Shown here piece after piece: positions 10,051-19,901 of a DNA stretch of 64,000 nt; position 1 is the stretch's first letter; each line of letters starts with the position of its first letter. Where the stretch lies: the NCBI RefSeq assembly GCF_000006765.1, contig NC_002516.2; one strand, given 5' to 3'. The translations under genes and the position numbers were made by a program. Source of the DNA: Pseudomonas aeruginosa PAO1 (lineage in GTDB: Bacteria > Pseudomonadota > Gammaproteobacteria > Pseudomonadales > Pseudomonadaceae). The notes under the pieces are model-generated. The model was given only the letters and a program-made list of their open reading frames with translations, had not been told where the DNA came from and did not search any database.

Positions 10051-11154
10051 TCAGCGTTTCCGCACGCGCGCCATGCAGCGCTGGTAGCGTTCGTCGACGC
10101 GCTTGGCGAACCAGGCGGTGGTCAGCTTGCGGGTGATCTTCGGGCTCTCCAGGGTGATCCCCGGCAGCACGGCGCGGGGCAATGTCTTGCCGGTGGCGCT
10201 TTCGGCCAGGGCGAAGACCTTGCGGTACAGCGCGCTGTCGGCGAACTCCGGGCTGTCGCCCTGCTCCAGCGCCCGGCGGATCGCCGCGTCGCTCATGTCC
10301 AGGCGCTTGCCGAGGCTGCGCACGGCCAGTTCGGTGGAGCCCGGCGTGCGCGTGCCGTAGCGGATCAGATCGCCATCCAGCGCCAGCGGAATCCCCGAGA
10401 CGCGACTCACCGCGCTCTGGAACGCGGCGTTGCGACTGGCATACCAGCCGGCGTTGAAGTCGGCGAAGCGGTACAGCGGCGCCGGGTAGTCCGCCGGATA
10501 GCCAAGCAGGTGGGCGATGCCGAAATACATGCCGCCGCGCCGGCTGAACACCTCGCGGCGGATGCTGCCGTCCAGCGGATAGGGATAGCCGTCCGCGTGC
10601 TGCTCGGCGAAAGCGATGCTGACCTGCATCGGCCCGCCGGTGTGTACCGGGTTGAAGCCGCCGAACAGCTTGCCGCCCATGGGCACGATGGCGATGAAAT
10701 CGTCGAATGTCTCGCTCAGTTCCTTCTCCGTGCGCGCCGCGGCCAGGCGCTGGCTGTAGGTGCGGCCATCGGGCGACTTGATATTCAGCGCCGAGCTGAC
10801 CAGGAACGCCGGCACGTGCAGCTTGCCGGCACGACGCTCGACCTCGCGGGTGGCGATCCTGCCCAGGCCGGCCACCGGCGGGTCGACCTGGTAGGTGGAC
10901 TCCTGCTCGGTCACCGCCAGCACCGCACAGAGATTCTCGTCGCTGGGGTAGATCTGCTGGGCGGAAAAGGCCGCGTAGATATCGCTGGCCCACCCTTGGC
11001 GATCGCGCACCGTGGCCGGCATCAGGCGGACGATCTTCGCCCGTACTTCGTCGGGGTTGGGCGGCGGCGGCTCCGCCGACCGCGAACTGCACCCGGCCAG
11101 CGCCAGGAGCATGAGCAACCCCGTTACGCCGCGACCCTGGCGTACTGCTTTCAT
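10051..11154 (-). CDS. Lipoprotein, DUF1615/YaiW-like
   Basis: Lipobox LAGC; ITLESPKITRKLTTAWFA and HTGGPMQVSIAFAE motifs. Confidence 0.8.
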   Translation of the reverse strand: MKAVRQGRGVTGLLMLLALAGCSSRSAEPPPPNPDEVRAKIVRLMPATVRDRQGWASDIYAAFSAQQIYPSDENLCAVLAVTEQESTYQVDPPVAGLGRIATREVERRAGKLHVPAFLVSSALNIKSPDGRTYSQRLAAARTEKELSETFDDFIAIVPMGGKLFGGFNPVHTGGPMQVSIAFAEQHADGYPYPLDGSIRREVFSRRGGMYFGIAHLLGYPADYPAPLYRFADFNAGWYASRNAAFQSAVSRVSGIPLALDGDLIRYGTRTPGSTELAVRSLGKRLDMSDAAIRRALEQGDSPEFADSALYRKVFALAESATGKTLPRAVLPGITLESPKITRKLTTAWFAKRVDERYQRCMARVRKR

Positions 11155-11267
11155 CTGCGATTCCCTGTTCCGTTGCGAAGTGGGCGGCCGATGGCGACCG
11201 CCGAAGCCAGGGCATTCTAGCCGAGCATCCGGCGGCTTCCGTACCGTCCGTCACGCACGGTCGCGGT

Positions 11268-12179
11268 TCACAGCGCTGCGTCGGTGCGCTGCCGCTTGAC
11301 CCGACGCCAGGTCGAGGGCGAGGCGCCGGCCAGCCGGAGAAAGATCCGCGAGAAATGCGGCTGGTCGGAAAAGCCGCAGGCGACGCCGATCTGCGAAAGC
11401 GGTTCGTCGCTGCCCAGCATCAGCTCCTTGGCCCGGTCGACGCGCATGCGCATCAGCCATTCGTGGGGCGAAACACCGGTGCTGCACTTGAAGGCCTTGG
11501 TGAAATAGCTGCGCGAGAGCCCGCACTCCTCGGCCAGGCGCGCCACCGACACGCCCTCGGCCAGATGCCCGGCGATCAGCTCCTTGGCCCTGCGCAATTG
11601 CCAGGGCGCCAGGCCCTTGCCGGTGCAGACCGGGACCTGGGTCGAAGCGAAGCGATCCTGAACGTGGGTCAACAGCGCCAGCATGACCTGCTCGATGAAC
11701 AGTTCGTTGCGCTCGCCCGCCCTGGCGAAGCTGGGCAGCAGCGCCAGCGCCAGGTGATAGACCACCGGATCGTCGACACCGATGATCCGCTCCGGCTCGG
11801 CGGACGCGCGTTGCCCTTCTTCGTAGAGAAACTCCTTTATCGAAGCGCGCGGCAACATGAAGCGGACATTGTCGTAAGTTGTCCGGTGCTGGCACTTTAT
11901 TTCATCGCCAAGATAGGCGATGGAGATACTTTTCCGTGGATGTCCGCCATCGAAAACCAGTTTGTTTCCATTCCAGAGACGATGGGAATTGAAATCGCGC
12001 AACTGCACGATGACGGAAAACGAATCGGCACAAGGAATATGGATCACCTTGTCCGGATCGGGAGTCGCCTCACTATTGCGAATCAAGGCGTACCCTTCTC
12101 CCCTTATGATGTTCCCTGGCGTGGATTGGTCGCCCTTTGTTCTGTCTATGGCAACAGTCATGACTCCCCCTGATTCCAT
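11268..12179 (-). CDS. AraC-family transcriptional regulator (start 12179 or slightly downstream)
   Basis: C-terminal double HTH (LSRSYFTKAFK; CGFSDQPHFSRIF). Confidence 0.9.
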   Translation of the reverse strand: MESGGVMTVAIDRTKGDQSTPGNIIRGEGYALIRNSEATPDPDKVIHIPCADSFSVIVQLRDFNSHRLWNGNKLVFDGGHPRKSISIAYLGDEIKCQHRTTYDNVRFMLPRASIKEFLYEEGQRASAEPERIIGVDDPVVYHLALALLPSFARAGERNELFIEQVMLALLTHVQDRFASTQVPVCTGKGLAPWQLRRAKELIAGHLAEGVSVARLAEECGLSRSYFTKAFKCSTGVSPHEWLMRMRVDRAKELMLGSDEPLSQIGVACGFSDQPHFSRIFLRLAGASPSTWRRVKRQRTDAAL

Positions 12180-12330
12180 GCGCCTGATGATCTCGTGACA
12201 CTTTTCTCTCGACGCGAAAAACGACGCACGAAAGCTCCCCCAGAGATTAATCCGAGGGAGCCGTTCCGGGGAAATCTAACCGACGAAGATAACTACCAGA
12301 TTACTGCGCTGTTACTCGATGATATAACGC

Positions 12331-12612
12331 TCAACCCTTTTCCTGTTCCGACGGGCCAGCGGCCTGGTCGAGGCGATGCCGACCCGGTAGTTGCCCCAGC
12401 ACATGGCCGACCGAACCCGCCTTGTCGCAGGCCGAGGCGAACGCGCAACCGCCGAGCAATTGCTTGCCGACCGGGATGACCTGCTCGCCGAGCAGGATGC
12501 CGAGCAACCCCACCAGCGCCACCAGCGGCGGAGCCGGCGAACGCACCTGCAGCAGGCTGTAGACGATCCCCACCAACAGTCCGGCGCCCAGCGAGAATAC
12601 GTAGAGCTTCAT
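12331..12612 (-). CDS. Small membrane protein, DUF1427/XapX-like, 93 aa
   Basis: SLGAGLLVG...RSPAPPLVALVGLLGILLGEQ motif; ATG at 12612. Confidence 0.75.
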   Translation of the reverse strand: MKLYVFSLGAGLLVGIVYSLLQVRSPAPPLVALVGLLGILLGEQVIPVGKQLLGGCAFASACDKAGSVGHVLGQLPGRHRLDQAAGPSEQEKG

Positions 12613-12668
12613 CTTCGTTCTCCTTCGCGGCCGTGCCGCCCGGCGGGCCGGAGCGGCACGGCCGGCAT

Positions 12669-13349
12669 TCACTTGGCCGGATTCGGGCCGATGCGTTCGC
12701 CGTGGGTCACCCGCTCGGGCGCCTTGTGCACCATGGTGTAGGCGTAGTCCACGCCCATGCCGTAGGCGCCGGAATGCTCCTTGGCGATGGCCATCACGGC
12801 GTCGTAGGTATCCCGGCGGGCCCAGTCGCGCTGCCACTCCAGCAGGACCTGCTGCCAGGTCACCGGTACCACGCCGGCCTGGACCATGCGGTCCATGGCG
12901 TACTTGTGGGCGTCGCTGGAGGTGCCGCCCGAGGCATCGGCCACCATGTAGATCTCGTAGCCGCCCTCGAGCATGGCGCAGAGGGCGAAGGTGGTGTTGC
13001 AGACCTCGGTCCACAGCCCGGCGACCACGACCTTCTTGCGGCCCGCGGCGGCCAGCGAGTCGCGCACGTTCTGGTCGTCCCAGGAGTTCATCGAGGTGCG
13101 TTCGAGGATCTTCTGCTCGGGGAACACCGCCAGCAGCTCCGGATAGGTCGGGCCGGAGAAGCTGTCGGTTTCCACCGTGGTGATGGTGACCGGGATGTCG
13201 AATACCTTCGCCGCCTTGGCCAGGCCCACTACGTTGTTCTTCAGCGTCTGGCGATCGATGGACTGTACGCCGAATGCCATCTGTGGCTGCTGGTCGATGA
13301 AGATGATCTGGCTGTTCTGCGGAGTTAGAACTTCGAGATAGTGGCTCAT
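12669..13349 (-). CDS. Isochorismatase-family (YcaC-like) cysteine hydrolase
   Basis: FIDQQPQM, RTSMNSW, AGLWTEVC, ADASGG motifs. Confidence 0.9.
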   Translation of the reverse strand: MSHYLEVLTPQNSQIIFIDQQPQMAFGVQSIDRQTLKNNVVGLAKAAKVFDIPVTITTVETDSFSGPTYPELLAVFPEQKILERTSMNSWDDQNVRDSLAAAGRKKVVVAGLWTEVCNTTFALCAMLEGGYEIYMVADASGGTSSDAHKYAMDRMVQAGVVPVTWQQVLLEWQRDWARRDTYDAVMAIAKEHSGAYGMGVDYAYTMVHKAPERVTHGERIGPNPAK

Positions 13350-13815
13350 GATTGTTTCCTGACAACGAACGATGAATTCCAGCTGTTGCGCACAACAGCA
13401 CGCGGGCCAACAGATAATTTCCCGTGGCCGGCCAGACTATGAAGCATGAATATTGGAAAAAACAAACTTTTCGAGAAAATAAATCACTGAACTGCGGCCC
13501 TGGATAAAGTTGAACGGCGATATTCAAAATATTCGACACATCCATACAAAAAGCGCACACAGAGACAATAAAAGAAGGATTACCAGCTAGCAGAATCGAC
13601 AGTCCGCCCTATAAGAAAAAGCCCCCATGAAGTTCAGGACATGTCTCGCGCCTTACTTGCTATCGACCACCAGCAAGTTGCGCTTGCAGGAGGATGCGTC
13701 ATTCGGGAAAACCGCTCTTTCGTCCCGTACGTTTTCCGCCGCACCTATCCTGTCCGGTGGCCTCTCTCGCCGCCGCCCTCGCTGACCGATTCCGCCCCGC
13801 TGCCAGGAGCACGCC

Positions 13816-15795
13816 ATGAGCCACGATCCGCCGAGCAAGGACCGCCGCCATTTCCTCACTACCAGTTCGGTGCTGGGCGCCGCCGGAGTCCTGTGGTCCG
13901 CCCTGCCCTTCGCCAACGCCGCCAGCCTTTCTCCCGCAAGCAACCCAGGAGGTTCCATGACCGCCGACCTGATCCTGCACAACGGCCGTTTCCACACCGT
14001 GGACCGCGACAACCCCACCGCCACCGCCGTGGCGATCAAGGACGGCAAGTTCCTTGCCGTCGGCAACGACGCCGAGGCGATGCTCCATCGCGGCAGCGCC
14101 ACCCAGGTGATCGACCTGCAGAAGCGCACCGTGATCCCCGGTCTCAACGACTCGCACCTGCACCTGATCCGCGGTGGCCTCAACTACAACCTGGAGCTGC
14201 GCTGGGAAGGCGTGCCCTCCCTGGCCGACGCCTTGCGCATGCTCAACAACCAGGCCGAACGCACGCCCAGCCCCCAGTGGGTGCGGGTGGTCGGCGGCTG
14301 GAACGAGTTCCAGTTCGCCGAGAAGCGCATGCCGACCCTGGAGGAATTGAACAAGGCCGCGCCGGACACCCCGGTGTTCGTCCTCCACCTGTACGATCGC
14401 GCCCTGCTCAACCGCGCCGCCCTGCGCGTGGTCGGCTACACCAAGGACACGCCCAACCCGCCCGGCGGCGAGATCGTCCGCGACAGCAGCGGCGAACCCA
14501 CCGGCATGCTGATCGCCCGGCCCAACGCGATGATTCTCTACGCCACCCTGGCCAAGGGACCGAAGCTGCCGCTGGAATACCAGGTCAACTCCACCCGCCA
14601 GTTCATGCGCGAACTCAACCGCCTCGGCCTGACCAGCGCGATCGACGCCGGCGGCGGCTTCCAGAACTACCCGGACGACTACCAGGTGATTCGCGAACTG
14701 GCCGACCAGGGCCAGCTCACCGTACGCATCGCCTACAACCTGTTCACCCAGAAACCGAAGGAAGAACTCGCCGACTTCAAGAACTGGACCGGCAGCGTCA
14801 AGTACGGCCAGGGCAGCGATTTCTTCCGCCATAACGGCGCCGGCGAGATGCTGGTGTTCTCCGCCGCCGACTTCGAGGACTTCCTCGAACCGCGCCCGGA
14901 CCTGCCGCAGACCATGGAGCAGGAGCTGGAGCCTGTGGTCCGCCACCTGGTGGAGCAGCGCTGGCCGTTCCGCCTGCACGCCACCTACGACGAATCGATC
15001 TCGCGGATGCTCGACGTGTTCGAGAAGGTCGACCGCGACATTCCGTTCAACGGCCTGCCCTGGTTCTTCGACCACGCCGAGACCATCACCCCGCGCAACA
15101 TCGAGCGGGTGCGGGCACTCGGCGGCGGCATCGCGATCCAGGACCGCATGGCCTTCCAGGGCGAGTACTTCGTCGACCGCTACGGTGCCAAGGCCGCCGA
15201 GGCCACGCCGCCGATCCAGCGCATGCTCGCCGAGGGCGTGCCGGTGGGTGCCGGCACCGACGCCACCCGGGTCTCCAGCTACAACCCCTGGACCTCGCTG
15301 TACTGGCTGGTCAGCGGCCGCACCGTCGGCGGCATGGCCCTGTATCCGCAGGGCCTGCCGCGGGAAACCGCATTGCAGCTGTTCACCCACGGCAGCGCCT
15401 GGTTCTCCAGCGAGCAGGGCAAGAAAGGACAGATCAAGGTTGGCCAGCTCGCCGACCTGGCGGCGCTGTCGGCGGACTTCTTCGGCGTCGAGGAAGAGGC
15501 CATCAAGTGGATCGAGTCGGTGCTCACGGTGGTCGACGGCAAGGTCGTCTATGCCGCCGCCGAGTTCGACAAGCTCGGTCCGCCGGCGCCGCCGGTGCTG
15601 CCGGACTGGTCGCCGGTGGCCAAGGTACCCGGCCACTGGCGGCAAGGCGCGCCGCTGACCGCCCAGGTCCACCAGTGCGTCGGTGCCTGCGCGGTACACG
15701 CCCACGAGCACAACCGCGCGCGCCACTCCAACGTACCGGTGAGCGACTTCCAGGGTTTCTGGGGCGCATTCGGCTGTTCCTGCTTCGCTTTCTGA
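13816..15795 (+). CDS. Metal-dependent amidohydrolase (YtcJ/NfdA-like) with Tat signal peptide
   Basis: DRRHFL twin-Arg motif; PGLNDSHLH metal motif, RLHAT, FDHAE, GAGTDA. Confidence 0.88.
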   Translation: MSHDPPSKDRRHFLTTSSVLGAAGVLWSALPFANAASLSPASNPGGSMTADLILHNGRFHTVDRDNPTATAVAIKDGKFLAVGNDAEAMLHRGSATQVIDLQKRTVIPGLNDSHLHLIRGGLNYNLELRWEGVPSLADALRMLNNQAERTPSPQWVRVVGGWNEFQFAEKRMPTLEELNKAAPDTPVFVLHLYDRALLNRAALRVVGYTKDTPNPPGGEIVRDSSGEPTGMLIARPNAMILYATLAKGPKLPLEYQVNSTRQFMRELNRLGLTSAIDAGGGFQNYPDDYQVIRELADQGQLTVRIAYNLFTQKPKEELADFKNWTGSVKYGQGSDFFRHNGAGEMLVFSAADFEDFLEPRPDLPQTMEQELEPVVRHLVEQRWPFRLHATYDESISRMLDVFEKVDRDIPFNGLPWFFDHAETITPRNIERVRALGGGIAIQDRMAFQGEYFVDRYGAKAAEATPPIQRMLAEGVPVGAGTDATRVSSYNPWTSLYWLVSGRTVGGMALYPQGLPRETALQLFTHGSAWFSSEQGKKGQIKVGQLADLAALSADFFGVEEEAIKWIESVLTVVDGKVVYAAAEFDKLGPPAPPVLPDWSPVAKVPGHWRQGAPLTAQVHQCVGACAVHAHEHNRARHSNVPVSDFQGFWGAFGCSCFAF

Positions 15796-15843
15796 CGTAC
15801 CCGGGCGGGCCCTTCGCGGCCCGCCTCGCCCGGAGTTTTCCCG

Positions 15844-17151
15844 ATGATCCGCGTTCGACCGGTCGGCCGCCTGGCCCTTTTCCTGGCGCTGGGCGGCACC
15901 TCGCCGTGCCACGCCGCGACAGAGGAAGCCAAGGCACCCGACTACCTGGAGTGGCGCCTGCTCAACCGCAACTACTTCCTCTACAACGACTATCGCCGCG
16001 CGGACGCCGGGCGCGGCTACCGCAAGGAATGGGCACACGGCCTGATCGTCGACCTGGAGTCGGCCTATACTCCCGGCCGCGTCGGTTTCGGCCTCGATCT
16101 CCACGGCTTCGCCGGCTTCAAGCTCGACGGCGGACGTGGCCATGCCGGCACCGGCCTGTTGCCGCTGGACTCATCCGGCGATAACGCCAGCGAGTATTCC
16201 GACGCCGGCGCCGCACTCAAGCTGCGGCTCGGCGAGAGCCTGCTCAAGGTCGGCGAGATGACCGTCGAGACCCCGGTCTTCGATACCAGCGACAAGCGCC
16301 TGCAACCCCAGTACGCCAGGGGCTTCTTCCTGCAGAGCGACGACCTCGACCGCGTGCGGATCCAGGCCGGGCGCTTCACCGCCTTCAAGGAACAGGCCTC
16401 CAGCTCCGGCCATGGCGACTTCGACGGCTACGGCGCGAGCACCGCCGGCAGCGCCATCGGCTTCGCCGGCGCCAGCCTGGCGGCCAGCGACAACCTGAGC
16501 GGCTCGCTGTTCGCCGCGCAACTGGACAACGTCTGGCGCCAGGTCTATCTCAACATGAACCTGCAACGTGCCGCGTTCAGCCTGGATGGCAACCTCTATC
16601 GCACGCGCGACCAGGGCCGCAGCCGGGCCGGCGCGATCGACACCCTGGCCTACAGCCTGCAACTGAAGTACCGCGTCGGCGCGCAGGGTTTCTCCCTGGC
16701 CTACCAGCGTGTCCATGGGGATACGCCGTTCGACTTCGTCGGAGGTGACTCCATCTACCTCGCCAACTCGATCAAGTACGCCGATTTCAACGGTCCGGGC
16801 GAACGCTCCTGGCAGGCCCGCTACGACCTCGACCTGGCCCCGTTCGGCCTGCCGGGGCTGAGCTTCATGGCGCGTTACGTCAGCGGCCGCGCCATCGACG
16901 GCAGCCATGCGCCGGCCGGCGGCGCCTACAACCCACTGGGCGCCGATGGCCGCTACCGGCCCTTGCAGGGCAGCGGCGGCAAGCACTGGGAGCGCGACCT
17001 CGACCTGCGCTACCTGTTCGCCTCGGGCCCGTTCAAGGACCTCTCGCTGAACGTCTCGCACCTCAGCCACCGGGCCAACGCGGCCCAGGCCGGCGACGAC
17101 ATCGACCGCCTCTACCTGATCGTCGAATACCCACTCAAAGGCTCGCTCTGA
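15844..17151 (+). CDS. opdB: OprD-family outer-membrane porin (OpdB-like)
   Basis: RNYFLYND, YTPGRVGFGLD, GPGERSWQARYD motifs of Occ/OprD porins. Confidence 0.8.
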   Translation: MIRVRPVGRLALFLALGGTSPCHAATEEAKAPDYLEWRLLNRNYFLYNDYRRADAGRGYRKEWAHGLIVDLESAYTPGRVGFGLDLHGFAGFKLDGGRGHAGTGLLPLDSSGDNASEYSDAGAALKLRLGESLLKVGEMTVETPVFDTSDKRLQPQYARGFFLQSDDLDRVRIQAGRFTAFKEQASSSGHGDFDGYGASTAGSAIGFAGASLAASDNLSGSLFAAQLDNVWRQVYLNMNLQRAAFSLDGNLYRTRDQGRSRAGAIDTLAYSLQLKYRVGAQGFSLAYQRVHGDTPFDFVGGDSIYLANSIKYADFNGPGERSWQARYDLDLAPFGLPGLSFMARYVSGRAIDGSHAPAGGAYNPLGADGRYRPLQGSGGKHWERDLDLRYLFASGPFKDLSLNVSHLSHRANAAQAGDDIDRLYLIVEYPLKGSL

Positions 17152-17153
17152 CC

Positions 17154-18743
17154 ATGACCGCACCCGCCGCCTCACCCTGGAGTCCCCTGCGCCAAACCAC
17201 CTTCCGCTGGCTATGGCTGGCCAGCATCGCCTCGAACATCGGCACCTGGATGCACGAGGTGGGCGCCGGCTGGCTGATGACCTCGCTCTCCGCCAGCCCG
17301 CTGAACGTGGCCCTGGTGCAGGTCGCCGGATCGCTGCCGATGTTCTTCCTGGCCCTGCCGGCCGGCGCCCTCGCCGATATCGTCGACAAGCGCCGCTACC
17401 TGCTCGGCGTGCAATTGTGGATGGCCTTGGTGGCCACCCTGCTGGCCAGCCTCACCCTGCTCCAGTTGACCAGCGTCTGGCTGCTGCTCGGCCTGACCCT
17501 GTGCATGGGCATCGGCACCGCGCTGATGATGCCGGCCTGGAGCGCCACCACTCCGGAACTGGTGGGCAAGGACGAACTGCCGGCGGCGGTGGCGCTGTCC
17601 AGTGTCGGGGTCAACCTGGCGCGGGCGGTCGGACCGGCCATCGCCGGGGTGCTGGTGAGCCTGGTCGGCCCCTGGCTGACCTTCGCCCTCAACGCCCTCT
17701 CCTTCTTCGCGGTGATCGCCGTGCTGCTGGCCTGGAAACGCGAGGCCGTGCCCTCGGTGCTGCCGGCGGAACGCCTGTTCGGCGCCCTGCGCGCCGGCTG
17801 GCGCTACAGCCGCAGCTCGAGGCCACTGCAATCGGTGCTGGTGCGCGCGGTGGCGTTCTTCCTCGGCGCCAGCGCCGGCATGTCGCTGCTGCCGCTGATC
17901 GTGCGCGGCGAACTGCATGGCAACGCCATGGACTTCGGCCTGCTGCTGGGCAGCGTCGGCGTCGGCGCGGTGCTCGGCGCCGCGTTCCTGCCGCGCCTGC
18001 GCGAACGCCTCGGCAGCGACCGCCTGGTGCTGCTCTCCAGCGTGCTCTACGCACTGGTGCTGGTGGCCCTGGCGCTGCTGCGCAACCTCTATTTGCTGGT
18101 GCCGGTGATGCTGCTCAGCGGCGCGGCATGGATCGCCGTGCTCTCCAGCCTGCAGGTCGCCGCGCAGACCTCCGTACCGGCCTGGGTCCGCGCCCGCGCG
18201 CTGGCGGTCTATATCCTGGTGTTCTTCGGCAGCATGGCCGCCGGCGGCGCCCTGTGGGGTCTGGTCGCCAGCCACCTGTCGATCACCTTCGCCCTGCTCT
18301 GCGCCAGCGCCGCGCTGCTGCTCGGCCTGTTCGCGTCGCTGCGCTGTCGGCTGCCGGTCACCGAGGCCGAGGACCTCGCGCCGTCGCTGCACTGGCCGGC
18401 ACCACTGGTCGACGAAGAGGTGGACCAGGAACGCGGCCCGGTGATGGTCACCCTCGAGTACGATATCGACCCGCAGGACGCCGCGGCATTCCAGGCGGCG
18501 ATGGTCGAGGTGCGCGCCATGCGTCGGCGCAACGGCGCGGTGTCCTGGGGGCTGGTCCAGGACAGCGGCAACCGTCGCCTGTGGCTGGAGTTCTTCATCG
18601 ACGAATCCTGGCTGGAGCACCTGCGCCACCACCAGCGGGTGACCCGCGGCGAGTTGCGGGTCGAGGCCGCCGCCCGGCGCTTCCAGAGCGCCGGCGTGGA
18701 GGTGCGCATCCGCCATTACCTGCACGGCGCGGCCAGGCCTTGA
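17154..18743 (+). CDS. MFS transporter (MFS_3/DitE-like) with C-terminal soluble domain
   Basis: FRWLWLASIASNIGTWM, GALADIVDKRR; 12 hydrophobic segments. Confidence 0.9.
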   Translation: MTAPAASPWSPLRQTTFRWLWLASIASNIGTWMHEVGAGWLMTSLSASPLNVALVQVAGSLPMFFLALPAGALADIVDKRRYLLGVQLWMALVATLLASLTLLQLTSVWLLLGLTLCMGIGTALMMPAWSATTPELVGKDELPAAVALSSVGVNLARAVGPAIAGVLVSLVGPWLTFALNALSFFAVIAVLLAWKREAVPSVLPAERLFGALRAGWRYSRSSRPLQSVLVRAVAFFLGASAGMSLLPLIVRGELHGNAMDFGLLLGSVGVGAVLGAAFLPRLRERLGSDRLVLLSSVLYALVLVALALLRNLYLLVPVMLLSGAAWIAVLSSLQVAAQTSVPAWVRARALAVYILVFFGSMAAGGALWGLVASHLSITFALLCASAALLLGLFASLRCRLPVTEAEDLAPSLHWPAPLVDEEVDQERGPVMVTLEYDIDPQDAAAFQAAMVEVRAMRRRNGAVSWGLVQDSGNRRLWLEFFIDESWLEHLRHHQRVTRGELRVEAAARRFQSAGVEVRIRHYLHGAARP

Positions 18744-18889
18744 GCCTCCCGGGCGACGGTCGTCGCCTGCCCCTGGCGGATCCGCCCACGGCTGTTATCC
18801 TGCTCGCCGATGGCGCCACAAGGACGGTGGCCGGTAGCGATGCCGCGCACCCGCGGCGCCGCGAACGCAACCCACAGGGAAGTCCACGC

Positions 18890-19366
18890 ATGTCCTACGA
18901 CTACGAGAAAACCAGCCTCACCCTCTACCGGGCGGTATTCAAGGCCAACTACGACGGCGACGTCGGTCGCTACCTGCATCCCGACAAGGAACTCGCCGAG
19001 GCTGCGGAAGTCGCCCCGCTGCTGCATCCGACCTTCGACAGCCCCAACACCCCTGGCGTCCCCGCCCGCGCGCCGGACATCGTCGCCGGCCGCGACGGCC
19101 TCTACGCCCCGGACACCGGCGGCACCTCGGTGTTCGACCGCGCCGGCGTGCTGCGCCGCGCCGACGGCGACTTCGTGATACCCGACGGCACCGACATCCC
19201 GCCGGACCTTAAGGTGAAGCAGGACAGCTACAACAAGCGCCTGCAAGCCACCCACTACACCATCATGCCGGCCAAGCCGATGTACCGGGAGGTCCTCATG
19301 GGCCAACTGGACAACTTCGTGCGCAACGCCATCCGCCGCCAATGGGAAAAAGCCCGCGGGCTCTAG
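18890..19366 (+). CDS. tse2: H1-T6SS effector Tse2, 158 aa
   Basis: MSYDYEKTSLTLYRAVFKANYDGDVG recognised as Tse2; followed by its immunity gene. Confidence 0.9.
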   Translation: MSYDYEKTSLTLYRAVFKANYDGDVGRYLHPDKELAEAAEVAPLLHPTFDSPNTPGVPARAPDIVAGRDGLYAPDTGGTSVFDRAGVLRRADGDFVIPDGTDIPPDLKVKQDSYNKRLQATHYTIMPAKPMYREVLMGQLDNFVRNAIRRQWEKARGL

Positions 19367-19375
19367 GAGTGAACC

Positions 19376-19609
19376 ATGAACCTGAAACCCCAGACCCTGA
19401 TGGTGGCGATCCAGTGCGTCGCCGCGCGCACCCGCGAACTCGACGCGCAGTTGCAGAACGACGACCCGCAGAACGCCGCTGAACTCGAACAGTTGCTGGT
19501 CGGCTACGACCTCGCCGCCGACGACCTGAAGAACGCCTACGAGCAAGCCCTGGGCCAATACAGCGGCCTGCCGCCCTATGACCGGCTGATCGAAGAGCCG
19601 GCATCCTGA
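19376..19609 (+). CDS. tsi2: Tse2 immunity protein Tsi2, 77 aa
   Basis: MNLKPQTLMVAIQCVAARTRELDAQ; acidic helical protein; GGAG RBS just after the tse2 stop. Confidence 0.92.
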   Translation: MNLKPQTLMVAIQCVAARTRELDAQLQNDDPQNAAELEQLLVGYDLAADDLKNAYEQALGQYSGLPPYDRLIEEPAS

Positions 19610-19901
19610 CGGCCCGTGGGCAGGCCATCGTTGGCCTGCCCGCTCCAGCGCGCGCAGAGAAACGACAGATGGTCTTCGGCTGGCACGGCGACACCATCAC
19701 CCGCGACACCGCAGTGTGCCGCGACTAGCGCAACGCCCAGGACGTACGGCGCTTCCTCGTCGGGCTGTGCGGCGCCGACTTCCGCTTCGATCGTGCCTTC
19801 ATGGCCTGGATTGGCGACGGCGCGGCAAAATCCCTGAGTGAGGTGGCGGACGAACGGCGACGGCGCCACGCCGACACCAGCCCCTCCGCCTGAGCGAGCG
19901 C

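Noticed and set aside
13699-16143. 814-aa minus-strand ORF, and similar long antisense ORFs at 2248-3861, 20996-22750, 29956-32409 and 46244-48142
   Set aside because: Shadow frames of well-supported genes in very GC-rich DNA; no recognisable motifs.
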